Positions 28,259 to 37,015 of a stretch of 64,000 nt of DNA are shown here, one piece after another. The notes below the pieces were generated by a model. The model was not told where the DNA came from. It saw only the letters and a program-made list of their open reading frames with translations, and did not search any database. The position numbers were made by a program, and so were the translations under genes. Source of the stretch: Candidatus Sericytochromatia bacterium (GTDB lineage Bacteria > Cyanobacteriota > Sericytochromatia > UBA7694); assembly GCA_018780035.1 (NCBI GenBank), contig JADMKE010000003.1:210753-274752 (forward strand), in the 5' to 3' direction. Numbering within the stretch: position 1 is the stretch's first letter; every line of letters begins with the position of its first letter.

Positions 28259-30043
28259 ATGAATATTAGTCAAGTTTTTGATCCCCGATTTACGCCTCCA
28301 CTCCATCTCGATACGGATCCACCACTGGCTACAGATGTTTTTTTAATTGTTTTAGATGCCCATTCTTCCATCCAAATTGCTTATCAATGGTGTTTGGCTT
28401 TTTTGCATCAGTTTACCCAATCCGATCAGGTAAGTTTATTGATACTGGCAGACCCTCTGCATATTGGTCATTTACTTGATCATTTAATGAACAAACTTGA
28501 ACAATTGGAATTGCCCAATTCCGCGCCAGATTTAGTGATCTGGTCAGAAGAAATTGCAGAAACAGATGAACCAGCTTTATATGCCCGCTGTTTGGCATAT
28601 TTGGATTGCAATTCAAGAGATGAAATTTCACTTCCATTACTCAAAGCTATTTTTATGAATAAGCAAGTGGTTTGTTTTAAAGGTAAAGCAACAGAAGAGT
28701 GGATAAAACCCGGATATGGGTATTTTTTAAATCACTTAACTGATACGGAAACGGCTTATCGTCAGGCGTTATTTGAGCTTTATCACCGTTTGCTCAAACT
28801 TTATCCGCGCAAACTGGCAAGCAATTATTTAGCAAAAAATCCACATTTTACTTTGCCGTTTGAGATCGAACTCAATATTCAATCATTCAGTCCCACAGAT
28901 TTTAGAACACAAACAATGGGGATCTATGAACAAGGCTATGTAAAAGAAGCTGCCATGCTTCTGGTCTATTGGGCCCAGAACCACCCGCTGGGTATCTCTG
29001 CGGTTATCGATAATAATAACTTCTGGTTGAAAATATTAAAAGATGCCAGATTATATGAACCATTAAAAATTATAAACAAACATATAAATGCAAATAATCC
29101 AGAAAATGAATTTCTTTTATTGGCAGAAATTCTTATTCAAGAAGGAAATATTGAAGAAGCGGTTCAAAATTATCACAAAGTATTAAGCATAAATCCTTAT
29201 GAAATGAATGCCAAAGTAGGATTTGAGAAAGCCAATTTAATCCTTAAGCGAAGATCAGAAATTCCGCCCATATTTCTAAATGGCATCGGTAACCCAGCAA
29301 GTGAGTATATTAGTATCTTACTCTCTCGGGGTCTGGATATCCCGCGAATGAGTATTTCATCGGGAATCGGAATCTTTGAACTGGTCGTTGATGTGTATTC
29401 TCTTGAAAAATTAGCGCAAGGGGGCTGCTTGGCCAAAGACCATTTATCGCCAAGTGATGTAAATCTTTTTGCGCTTACCCGTTATTTAGACAAAATGATT
29501 TTGGGGCTGAGAGATCCCCGTGGCAGTTTGGTTTCTTGTGTTGTCTATGAAAGTTTTTTGAACAGCGAAGACAAAGCGAGTAAAGACGAAAATCTATACA
29601 CTGCTCGCGCCATGTTTTCAGATAAAGCTGAGTGGATAGACCATTTTTTATCACTAAATTTTCATCAAAAATGCGATAAAATGATAGAAGATGGTACGTT
29701 TGAACATTATTTGAATGATGTTGTTAACTGGTTGGATGTTGCTCAATATTATCCTATTTTCATTTACACCTTTGAAGAGTTTAAACAGGATGAAATGGGG
29801 GTAATTCAAAATATTTTAAACTATTATGACCTCTCTTCAGATTATTTTCGATTTCCCTTTACACAGGCAGATCGCCAAGGTTCCGTCTTTAGCAGCACTC
29901 CTGATACGGCCTCTCCAAATTACACTTTGCGCCGGGGAAATCCCTATGAATGGCACAGTGTTTTGACACCTGCTCAATTAGAGAAAACCACTTCTCTCAT
30001 GCCCCATGGCCTCTGTAAGAAGATGGGGTGGTTAGAAATTTAA
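28259..30043 (+). CDS. Large fusion protein: N-terminal Rossmann-like/TPR-like region + C-terminal sulfotransferase-like domain
   Basis: The C-terminal half carries an RDPR (3'-phosphate-binding-like) motif and a terminal RRGNPYEWHSV resembling the sulfotransferase RKG..G.W motif. It is AT-rich and a paralogue of the next gene. Confidence 0.55.
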   Translation: MNISQVFDPRFTPPLHLDTDPPLATDVFLIVLDAHSSIQIAYQWCLAFLHQFTQSDQVSLLILADPLHIGHLLDHLMNKLEQLELPNSAPDLVIWSEEIAETDEPALYARCLAYLDCNSRDEISLPLLKAIFMNKQVVCFKGKATEEWIKPGYGYFLNHLTDTETAYRQALFELYHRLLKLYPRKLASNYLAKNPHFTLPFEIELNIQSFSPTDFRTQTMGIYEQGYVKEAAMLLVYWAQNHPLGISAVIDNNNFWLKILKDARLYEPLKIINKHINANNPENEFLLLAEILIQEGNIEEAVQNYHKVLSINPYEMNAKVGFEKANLILKRRSEIPPIFLNGIGNPASEYISILLSRGLDIPRMSISSGIGIFELVVDVYSLEKLAQGGCLAKDHLSPSDVNLFALTRYLDKMILGLRDPRGSLVSCVVYESFLNSEDKASKDENLYTARAMFSDKAEWIDHFLSLNFHQKCDKMIEDGTFEHYLNDVVNWLDVAQYYPIFIYTFEEFKQDEMGVIQNILNYYDLSSDYFRFPFTQADRQGSVFSSTPDTASPNYTLRRGNPYEWHSVLTPAQLEKTTSLMPHGLCKKMGWLEI

Positions 30044-31851
30044 TGACACAACAGTCACTTATTCAAGAAACTTCTGAATGGATTGAAAAATACCAACCTC
30101 TTTCTGTGCCCCCGATTGCAAAATGGGCAGAACAGTTCCAAAGTGTTTTTTTGGTTATTGACTCCTGTTTTGAATCCCTTGAATTGGCAGAACTGTGTCG
30201 CCAATTTCTTGAAACGCATCTGGAAAATAAGTCCACGGCACTCATCATCGCCCGAAGTGCGCGTGAAACAATGGATTTGACGATACCCATTCACACTTGT
30301 TTAATCCAAATTAATAATAGCCAAAATCCAACTGATTTTTTTAAGCTGCTTGCCAGTGTGCATGCCTTGATTTTGCCCAACTTAAGAGAAGAGATTCAAT
30401 CAGAGGCTCTTGCTGCCTTATTAATGAATCGTCCTGTGCTCTTGTATCAGATCCCCCAGACGCAATATGATTGGGGAGAAGGTCTTTTAATACCCACTCA
30501 GATCGGATTTAAAGGGCTCTTGAACAGCTTTATTTCGCGCAGAGAATTATTAAGACCCCGTCAGCTTTTGCTGGATGTTCCAAATCTTAAAGCCGCTGTC
30601 TTTGCTTCAGGATTATTGGCGTATTTTCCCAATCGACCCGATTTGGAAACCATTGAAGCCTATATGAACGCTGGATATTTTGAACAGGCAGGGGTTTTAG
30701 CCGTAACTTTGTTGCGCAATTTACATTGGTTAAATGAAGAGTGGCAGCCAGAAAAAGGGCTGAAAATTATGAAAGCCTGTCTTTTGGGGAAAAAATATTT
30801 TGAGGCAATTAAAATTGGTCGAAAAATACTTTCATTCATGCCTGAAAATAGTGCTTTGGCACTGTATTTGGCCGTCGCTTTTTGGGGGATAAAAGACTTT
30901 ATTCAGGCCCAACTATTTTTAGAGAGAAGTCTATCTGCTGAAGATAAAACAGAGACAAAGAAAGAATTTGAGAATATTATTTTAGTTGACGAATTAAATA
31001 TTAAAATAAATAAATCTATTTCAAAATGTCTTGAATTACCAATAATTATTTTTAACCCTATTTCCAGGTTGTCAGCGTCTCATTTTATCGCCCAAACCTT
31101 ATCTCAATCTTTATCATTGCCACTTGTTCATCTCTCTACTGGCTTGGAAATAGGAACTTCAAATACGCTTCATTTTGAACGTACAGCAGAGTTGATTTAT
31201 AAAAAGCAAGGTGCTCTGGCCTTTGACCGCTGGCCGGCAACAGAAACCAATCACTATTTTTTACTTAAATTTTTCAAAAGTATGGTTGTACATGTGCGAG
31301 ACCCACGCAGCATTTTGGTCTCTTTGGGTATTTACCTCCATCATCTCTTAGAGCTGGATAAAAAAGCAGAGCTTCCAACTCAGTTTCAGAGATCGCTCAA
31401 ATTGATTCATTGGGATCTGCGTTTGCGCAGTTTTTCAGCCATGGTTCCCGGCCCAAAACAGATAGAATATGGCTTGGAATCGGGTCTTTTCCAAGCTTAT
31501 TTAAATGAAATATTGGCTTGGCTAGAATTAGAAAAAACCTTTCCATCTAGCTTTAAAATCTTGATTACAAGCTATGAGCAATTGATAAAAAATCAGGCAT
31601 CTTACTTTAAACAAATCATTGATTTTTATCAAATTAACCCCGATTTTTTTGACTATCAGGTAGAATCAATTAATAGTTTGAATTCTGTTTTTGGTCCTAC
31701 TCCAAACCCTGATTCCCCCCATTATTTTTTTCGCAGGGGTGATCCAAATGAATGGACCCAATTTGTTTCTGAATCCCAAAAAAAGCAGATGACAAATGCA
31801 ATTCCCAATGCCTTGTTTGAACGCTTTGAATGGGATCCCGCGCCGAGATAA
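30043..31851 (+). CDS. Paralogous fusion protein with C-terminal sulfotransferase-like domain
   Basis: Motifs VHVRDPRSILVS and FFRRGDPNEWTQF match the upstream paralogue, and the N-terminal segments also align (SVFLVIDSCFESLE vs DVFLIVLDAHSSIQ). TAATG stop/start overlap. An alternative GTG start lies at 30028. Confidence 0.55.
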   Translation: MTQQSLIQETSEWIEKYQPLSVPPIAKWAEQFQSVFLVIDSCFESLELAELCRQFLETHLENKSTALIIARSARETMDLTIPIHTCLIQINNSQNPTDFFKLLASVHALILPNLREEIQSEALAALLMNRPVLLYQIPQTQYDWGEGLLIPTQIGFKGLLNSFISRRELLRPRQLLLDVPNLKAAVFASGLLAYFPNRPDLETIEAYMNAGYFEQAGVLAVTLLRNLHWLNEEWQPEKGLKIMKACLLGKKYFEAIKIGRKILSFMPENSALALYLAVAFWGIKDFIQAQLFLERSLSAEDKTETKKEFENIILVDELNIKINKSISKCLELPIIIFNPISRLSASHFIAQTLSQSLSLPLVHLSTGLEIGTSNTLHFERTAELIYKKQGALAFDRWPATETNHYFLLKFFKSMVVHVRDPRSILVSLGIYLHHLLELDKKAELPTQFQRSLKLIHWDLRLRSFSAMVPGPKQIEYGLESGLFQAYLNEILAWLELEKTFPSSFKILITSYEQLIKNQASYFKQIIDFYQINPDFFDYQVESINSLNSVFGPTPNPDSPHYFFRRGDPNEWTQFVSESQKKQMTNAIPNALFERFEWDPAPR

Positions 31852-31882
31852 TTAAAGCCAATTTTAAGCTGAGAAGGAAGAA

Positions 31883-32641
31883 TTGATGATGAAAACCGAA
31901 TGGAATTATACTGAACTCGCAGAATCTTATTTAGAGCGTCCTGATTATTCGGAAGCTGCAGTCCATGAAATGCTCGCCCAGATGCAATTGCCCGAAAAAG
32001 CCAAGGTCTGTGATGTGGGAGCCGGCGTTGCTCATTTGACCAAAGTTCTGGCTCGCAGCGGTTTGGTGGTTGATGCGGTTGAGCCCAACGACCGGATGCG
32101 TGAATTGGGCCAAGTTCAAACCCGCTCCTTTGATCAGGTTACCTGGTTTGAAGGTACGGGAGAGGTGACGGGGCGCCCAGATTCGACGTATCAACTGGTT
32201 ACTTTTGGTTCTTCTTTTAATGTCACAGATCGTTTGAAGGCCCTGGCTGAAACCCGTCGAATTTTGGTGCCCGCAGGTTGGTTTGCCTGTATGTGGAACC
32301 ACCGAAATCTCGAAGACCCCATCCAAAAGTCGATTGAAAATGTGATAATAAAGTCCATTCCCAATTATGCTTACGGAACCCGTCGGGAGGACCAGCGCCA
32401 ATTTCTCGAAGAGAGTGGCTTTTTTGACACAGTCTTCGCTTTAGAAGGCAATGTTATCCACCGTCAAAGCCGAGAAGCGTGTTTGACGGCTTGGCGTTCG
32501 CATGCCACTTTGCAAAGACAAGCGGGGGACCGTTTCTCTCAGGTCATTCAAGACATTGATGCGCATTTAGAAACATTGGGCCTAAAGGAGTTAGAAATTC
32601 CTTACACCACACGCATTTGGTTCGGCTCTGTAAAGGCTTAA
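31883..32641 (+). CDS. Class I SAM-dependent methyltransferase
   Basis: Motif I VCDVGAGVAHLT and motif post-I VVDAVEPN. Length is 252 aa. Confidence 0.78.
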   Translation: MMMKTEWNYTELAESYLERPDYSEAAVHEMLAQMQLPEKAKVCDVGAGVAHLTKVLARSGLVVDAVEPNDRMRELGQVQTRSFDQVTWFEGTGEVTGRPDSTYQLVTFGSSFNVTDRLKALAETRRILVPAGWFACMWNHRNLEDPIQKSIENVIIKSIPNYAYGTRREDQRQFLEESGFFDTVFALEGNVIHRQSREACLTAWRSHATLQRQAGDRFSQVIQDIDAHLETLGLKELEIPYTTRIWFGSVKA

Positions 32642-32649
32642 CTTCTTTC

Positions 32650-34953
32650 ATGCGTAGCAAAGCAGAAACGCTTCAATTTTTACACGGTCAACTCAGTTCA
32701 GCAACCGTTTTGCCGCTTTACTGTTTTAACCTAAATCAATGGCAAAACCAACGAGAACAGATTTGGCTTGACTTGGCCGAGTTAACTTGGACCAAGTTGC
32801 CTGTGATCGTTCGCAGCAGTGCTCTTAACGAAGACAGTGAGCTCACGTCTATGGCGGGACATTATTGTTCAGTTTTAAATGTCTCTGGAAAATATGCCTT
32901 GGAACAGGCGATTGAGCAGGTTGCAGCTGGCTTTCAAGGTCGCACGGATGCCGACCAAATTTTTATTCAACCCATGTTGAGTCAAATCGCTTTAAGTGGG
33001 GTGGCTTTTAGTCAGGAGCCCAGTACGGGCATTCCCTGTTTGGTCTTTAATTACCAGGAATGTAGCCAAGATACGACGGCGGTTACAGGGGGGCATTCAA
33101 ATGAACTCAATACCTGGCATTATTACCTTCACAACAATCCCACTCCTCCCCAATCCAGGTTCAGGCCTCTGCTGGATTTGGTCAGCGAATTACAGCTAAA
33201 ACTGGGAATTTCTGCCCTGGATTTGGAAGTGGCTTTGCTGCAAAATGGCCAATGGGTACTTTTGCAAGTCCGACCCTTGGTGCTAGAAAACAGCTTGGAT
33301 GGCAGTCAGCACCTCAACCACATGCTTGAATTACAGGGTTTTCTCAAACCGATGCAGTCCCCCCATCCTTTTTTATATGGCCAGCACACAGTTTATGGTG
33401 TGATGCCTGATTGGAATCCTGCTGAGATCATCGGGATTCGGCCACGACCTTTGGCCCGCAGTTTATACCAAGAGTTGATTACCGATAGTATTTGGGCCTA
33501 TCAACGTCACAATTATGGCTACCGCAATTTGCGCAGTTTCCCCTTGATGGTTGATTTGGGGGGCTGTCCTTATATTGATGTGAGGGTCAGCTTTAACTCA
33601 TTTATTCCAGCCACTTTGCCACCAGCATTGGCTGAAAAATTGGCCGATTATTATCTCAAGCGTTTGGTCGAAACACCCAGTTACCACGACAAAGTTGAGT
33701 TTGAAATTATTTATTCTTGTTATACCCTGGATTTGCCCCAACGCCTAAAAGCCCTTCAGGATCATGGATTTAGCCAGGAGGAATCTGATTTATTGGCAGA
33801 AAGTTTGCGACTTTTAACCAATAAAATTTTGCATCAAGAAACCGGACTTTGGCAAAAAGATATCGCCAAACTCGAGATCTTGACCCAACGGCGAGAAACT
33901 ATCTGCTCTGCAGATCTTGGGCCGATTGATCGCATTTATTGGTTGCTCGAAGATGGCAAACGTTATGGCACTTTGCCTTTTGCCGGCCTCGCACGGGCAG
34001 GATTTATTGCTGTTCAAATGCTCAATTCGTTGGTGCAAATTGGTGCCTTGGACCCTTCCGAACGCTCGCTATTTATGCAAAGTTTGGATACCGTCAGCAG
34101 CCGGATTCAACGCGATTTTCAAGCAATGAACCGCAGCGATTTTTTAAAGATCTATGGCCATCTTCGGCCAGGCACCTATGATATTCTCTCAGAGCGCTAT
34201 GATCAGGCGCCAGATCGCTATTTTGGCGAAGCCATACAACCCACCGTTCACCCCCCATTTAGCCTGCGGCTCGAACAGCTCAAGCTGATCCGTTCTCATC
34301 TCCAAGAACATGGTTTAAATTTAGATGTTTTGGAGCTCTTCGACTTTATGAAAGCGGCAATTGAAGGCCGTGAATACGCCAAATTTTTATTTACCCGCAA
34401 TCTCAGCGATGTTTTGGAAGAAATTGCAGGGCTCGGCAGACAAGCTGGGATGAGCAGAGAAGATTGTTCTTTTTTGGATATTCAATCCCTGCTGCGTTTG
34501 TTAAATACCAGTGGCGATCTCAACCAAGCGATTAAACACAGTGTGGAAGCAGGCAAAGCCCAGTACAGCTTAACCCAATCCCTGTTATTGCCCCCTCTGA
34601 TTACCCAACCTGAAGATATCTGGCAATTTGAACTTCAGCCAGGTGAGCCCAATTTTATTACGCTCAAACGGGCCAAAGGCCCTGTCTGCTTTGTGGGCGC
34701 TGCGCCTGAAAGCCTGAAGGGAACGATCTTGCTCATACCCAGTGCCGATCCTGGTTACGATTGGATTTTTGGCTATGGGATTGCGGGTTTGATCACGCTT
34801 TATGGCGGAGTCAATTCACATATGGCGATACGGGCAGGTGAAATGGGCATTCCCGCCGTGATCGGCGCAGGCGAAGTGCTCTATTCCCAATGGCAAAAAG
34901 CCCGTGAATTGGAGCTGGATTGTGCCACGCGGCAGGTCAGGGTTTTAGCATGA
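32650..34953 (+). CDS. PEP-synthase/pyruvate-phosphate-dikinase-like His-phosphotransferase lacking the C-terminal PEP/pyruvate TIM-barrel domain
   Basis: The N-terminal PPDK_N-type ATP-grasp region (LPVIVRSSALNEDSELTSMAGHYCSVLNV) is paired with a C-terminal PEP-utilisers mobile His domain (GGVNSHMAIRAGEMGIPAVIGAG). There is no PEP-utilizers_C TIM barrel. Confidence 0.78.
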   Translation: MRSKAETLQFLHGQLSSATVLPLYCFNLNQWQNQREQIWLDLAELTWTKLPVIVRSSALNEDSELTSMAGHYCSVLNVSGKYALEQAIEQVAAGFQGRTDADQIFIQPMLSQIALSGVAFSQEPSTGIPCLVFNYQECSQDTTAVTGGHSNELNTWHYYLHNNPTPPQSRFRPLLDLVSELQLKLGISALDLEVALLQNGQWVLLQVRPLVLENSLDGSQHLNHMLELQGFLKPMQSPHPFLYGQHTVYGVMPDWNPAEIIGIRPRPLARSLYQELITDSIWAYQRHNYGYRNLRSFPLMVDLGGCPYIDVRVSFNSFIPATLPPALAEKLADYYLKRLVETPSYHDKVEFEIIYSCYTLDLPQRLKALQDHGFSQEESDLLAESLRLLTNKILHQETGLWQKDIAKLEILTQRRETICSADLGPIDRIYWLLEDGKRYGTLPFAGLARAGFIAVQMLNSLVQIGALDPSERSLFMQSLDTVSSRIQRDFQAMNRSDFLKIYGHLRPGTYDILSERYDQAPDRYFGEAIQPTVHPPFSLRLEQLKLIRSHLQEHGLNLDVLELFDFMKAAIEGREYAKFLFTRNLSDVLEEIAGLGRQAGMSREDCSFLDIQSLLRLLNTSGDLNQAIKHSVEAGKAQYSLTQSLLLPPLITQPEDIWQFELQPGEPNFITLKRAKGPVCFVGAAPESLKGTILLIPSADPGYDWIFGYGIAGLITLYGGVNSHMAIRAGEMGIPAVIGAGEVLYSQWQKARELELDCATRQVRVLA

Positions 34954-35570
34954 CTTCCAGTTTAAACCAACACCCTTGGCTGGCAATCACCCAACGCGTT
35001 GAGATCGATGCCAAAACGGGTGAACGGCGAGATGCGCTTGATCAGCGCTGGGTTGATTTTATTTTGCTTGCAGGATTTTTGCCTTTGCTTTTACCCAACT
35101 CGCTTGCTGCTGCTCAAGCCCTTTTAGCGGCGTGTCGGGTTCAAGGTATTGTGTTAACTGGCGGCAATAGTCTGCAGAGCTGTGGTGGCAATGCACCTGA
35201 GCGAGATGAATTGGAGTTTTGGCTTCTGAATCAGGCTCCAAAACAGCATTGGCCACTGCTGGGCGTCTGCCGAGGAATGCAAGTCATTCAGAGCCATTTG
35301 GGCGTTGCCTTGGAGCCTGTCAGTGACCAGATTTTAGCCCTGCAAACGATTCAGATCTCAGGAAAAAACCAAGTCGTGAATAGTTATCACAGTTGGGGGA
35401 CGCGTGTAGAACACCCCGAACTCAAGACCTGGGCTCAAACGGAGGATGGGATGATTAAAGCGATTAAACATATCGAGCGACCCTGGTGGGGGATTATGTG
35501 GCATCCCGAACGCCTGACCCCCTTTCGCAGCGAAGATTTGACCTTGTTTCGTGAAATCTTTAAGCCATGA
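34950..35570 (+). CDS. Class I glutamine amidotransferase-like / peptidase C26 gamma-glutamyl hydrolase family protein
   Basis: Nucleophile elbow GVCRGMQ and the His in WHPE are present. The ATGA start/stop overlap with the upstream gene suggests translational coupling. Confidence 0.75.
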   Translation: MTSSLNQHPWLAITQRVEIDAKTGERRDALDQRWVDFILLAGFLPLLLPNSLAAAQALLAACRVQGIVLTGGNSLQSCGGNAPERDELEFWLLNQAPKQHWPLLGVCRGMQVIQSHLGVALEPVSDQILALQTIQISGKNQVVNSYHSWGTRVEHPELKTWAQTEDGMIKAIKHIERPWWGIMWHPERLTPFRSEDLTLFREIFKP

Positions 35571-36343
35571 GCCCCGTTCAACATGGCATCATTCTGGCTG
35601 CTGGCAGGGGCAGCCGCTTGGGAGCGATGACAGAAGCCCTGCCGAAGGGGCTGGTTGAATTGGGGGGGCGCCCACTTTTAAACTGGCAAATCGACGCTCT
35701 GCGCCACTCGGGATTGAAAGATTTGGGGATTGTGCGGGGATACCGGGCCGAGGCCTTGTCCTTCCTCGGTTTGCAAACATTTGAGAACCCCCGCTGGCAA
35801 CAGACCCAGATGGTCAGGTCTTTGGCCTGTGCAGGTGATTGGTTGCAGCAATACCCGTGTTTGCTGAGCTATTCTGATATTTTGACTTCAGCAGCCTGTT
35901 TGCGGGCTTTGGCTGATTGTCCCGGTGAATTGGTGATCAGTTCAAATCAGGGCTGGCGCGCCCTTTGGCAGGCCCGTTTTGCCGATCCTCTGGCAGATGC
36001 TGAGAGCTTTAAAACCAATGGACAAGGACAATTGCGTGAAATCGGTGCCCGTGCCAAGACCTTGGATGAGATCGAAGGACAGTATATGGGCCTGCTCAAA
36101 ATCACCCCCCAGGCCTGGAAATGGATTTCAAATTTATTGGCAGAAATGGAGCCGGAGCAGGCCGACCGCTTGGATATGACCAGTTTATTACAAACTTTGC
36201 TTCAGCGGGGATATCCCATTCAGGTTTTGCCCGTAAATGCACCTTGGCTGGAAATAGATACCTGCGAAGATCTGGCGTATTACCAACATTGTTTAAAAAT
36301 TGGCAAGCTGACACTGCCCATGCAAGACCCGGTGCTGTGGTAA
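35567..36343 (+). CDS. LicC-like nucleotidyltransferase (cytidylyltransferase for a phospho-headgroup)
   Basis: N-terminal GIILAAGRGSRLG and C-terminal W.EIDT.EDL are characteristic of phosphocholine/aminoethylphosphonate cytidylyltransferase-type NTP transferases. ATGA overlap with the upstream gene. Confidence 0.72.
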   Translation: MSPVQHGIILAAGRGSRLGAMTEALPKGLVELGGRPLLNWQIDALRHSGLKDLGIVRGYRAEALSFLGLQTFENPRWQQTQMVRSLACAGDWLQQYPCLLSYSDILTSAACLRALADCPGELVISSNQGWRALWQARFADPLADAESFKTNGQGQLREIGARAKTLDEIEGQYMGLLKITPQAWKWISNLLAEMEPEQADRLDMTSLLQTLLQRGYPIQVLPVNAPWLEIDTCEDLAYYQHCLKIGKLTLPMQDPVLW

Positions 36344-36379
36344 GATGGATTCCTTAAATCCCGTCTTTCGGAGGCACCC

Positions 36380-36997
36380 ATGAAAATCCTGGCCGTTTGT
36401 GGTACTACCCACCACGAAAGCAATTCAGGCCAAATCACTGAAATCATTGCCGCCGCGGCACGCTCGGCTGGGGCTGAAGTGGATGTGTTGGATTTATTGG
36501 CTTCGCCCTTGCCGCTTTTTCGCACAGATCAGAGTTATGAAAATGACCAGATTGTGACCGAGGTTCGCCAAGCCTGCCAAGCAGCAGATGCCTTTATCTT
36601 GGTCTCTCCGGAGTACCACGGTTGTATGACTGGTTGGATGAAAAATTTTCTCGATTTTCACTACCATGAATTTGCGGGCAAACTCTTTGTCCTGGCCGCT
36701 ACCACAGGCGGTAGCTTGGGAGTGAGCTGTATTACTCAAATGCGTGTGGCAGTTCAGCATTGCCATGGTTGGTCCTTGCCTTATCAAGCGGCCGCCCGCG
36801 AAGCGGATTTTGACAGCAAAGGGCAATTGGCCAATGATTCAGTGCGTGAGCGTTTGGAGCGCATGGGCCGCGATTTGGTGATCTATGGAAAACTCTTGCG
36901 CGACCAATTCACAATTGACCGCCAGGGGGCCCTTGAAACCCATGACACCCCCCATGAGTGGGGCTTTGCTGGCTGGTATTCCCGCGGTTCAGATTAA
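36380..36997 (+). CDS. NAD(P)H-dependent FMN reductase (flavodoxin-like fold)
   Basis: Pattern MKIL.V.GT....S......I.......G.E....L. and LVSPEYHG. GGAGG RBS. Confidence 0.75.
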   Translation: MKILAVCGTTHHESNSGQITEIIAAAARSAGAEVDVLDLLASPLPLFRTDQSYENDQIVTEVRQACQAADAFILVSPEYHGCMTGWMKNFLDFHYHEFAGKLFVLAATTGGSLGVSCITQMRVAVQHCHGWSLPYQAAAREADFDSKGQLANDSVRERLERMGRDLVIYGKLLRDQFTIDRQGALETHDTPHEWGFAGWYSRGSD

Positions 36998-37015
36998 ACA
37001 GCGGTCATCCAGCGC

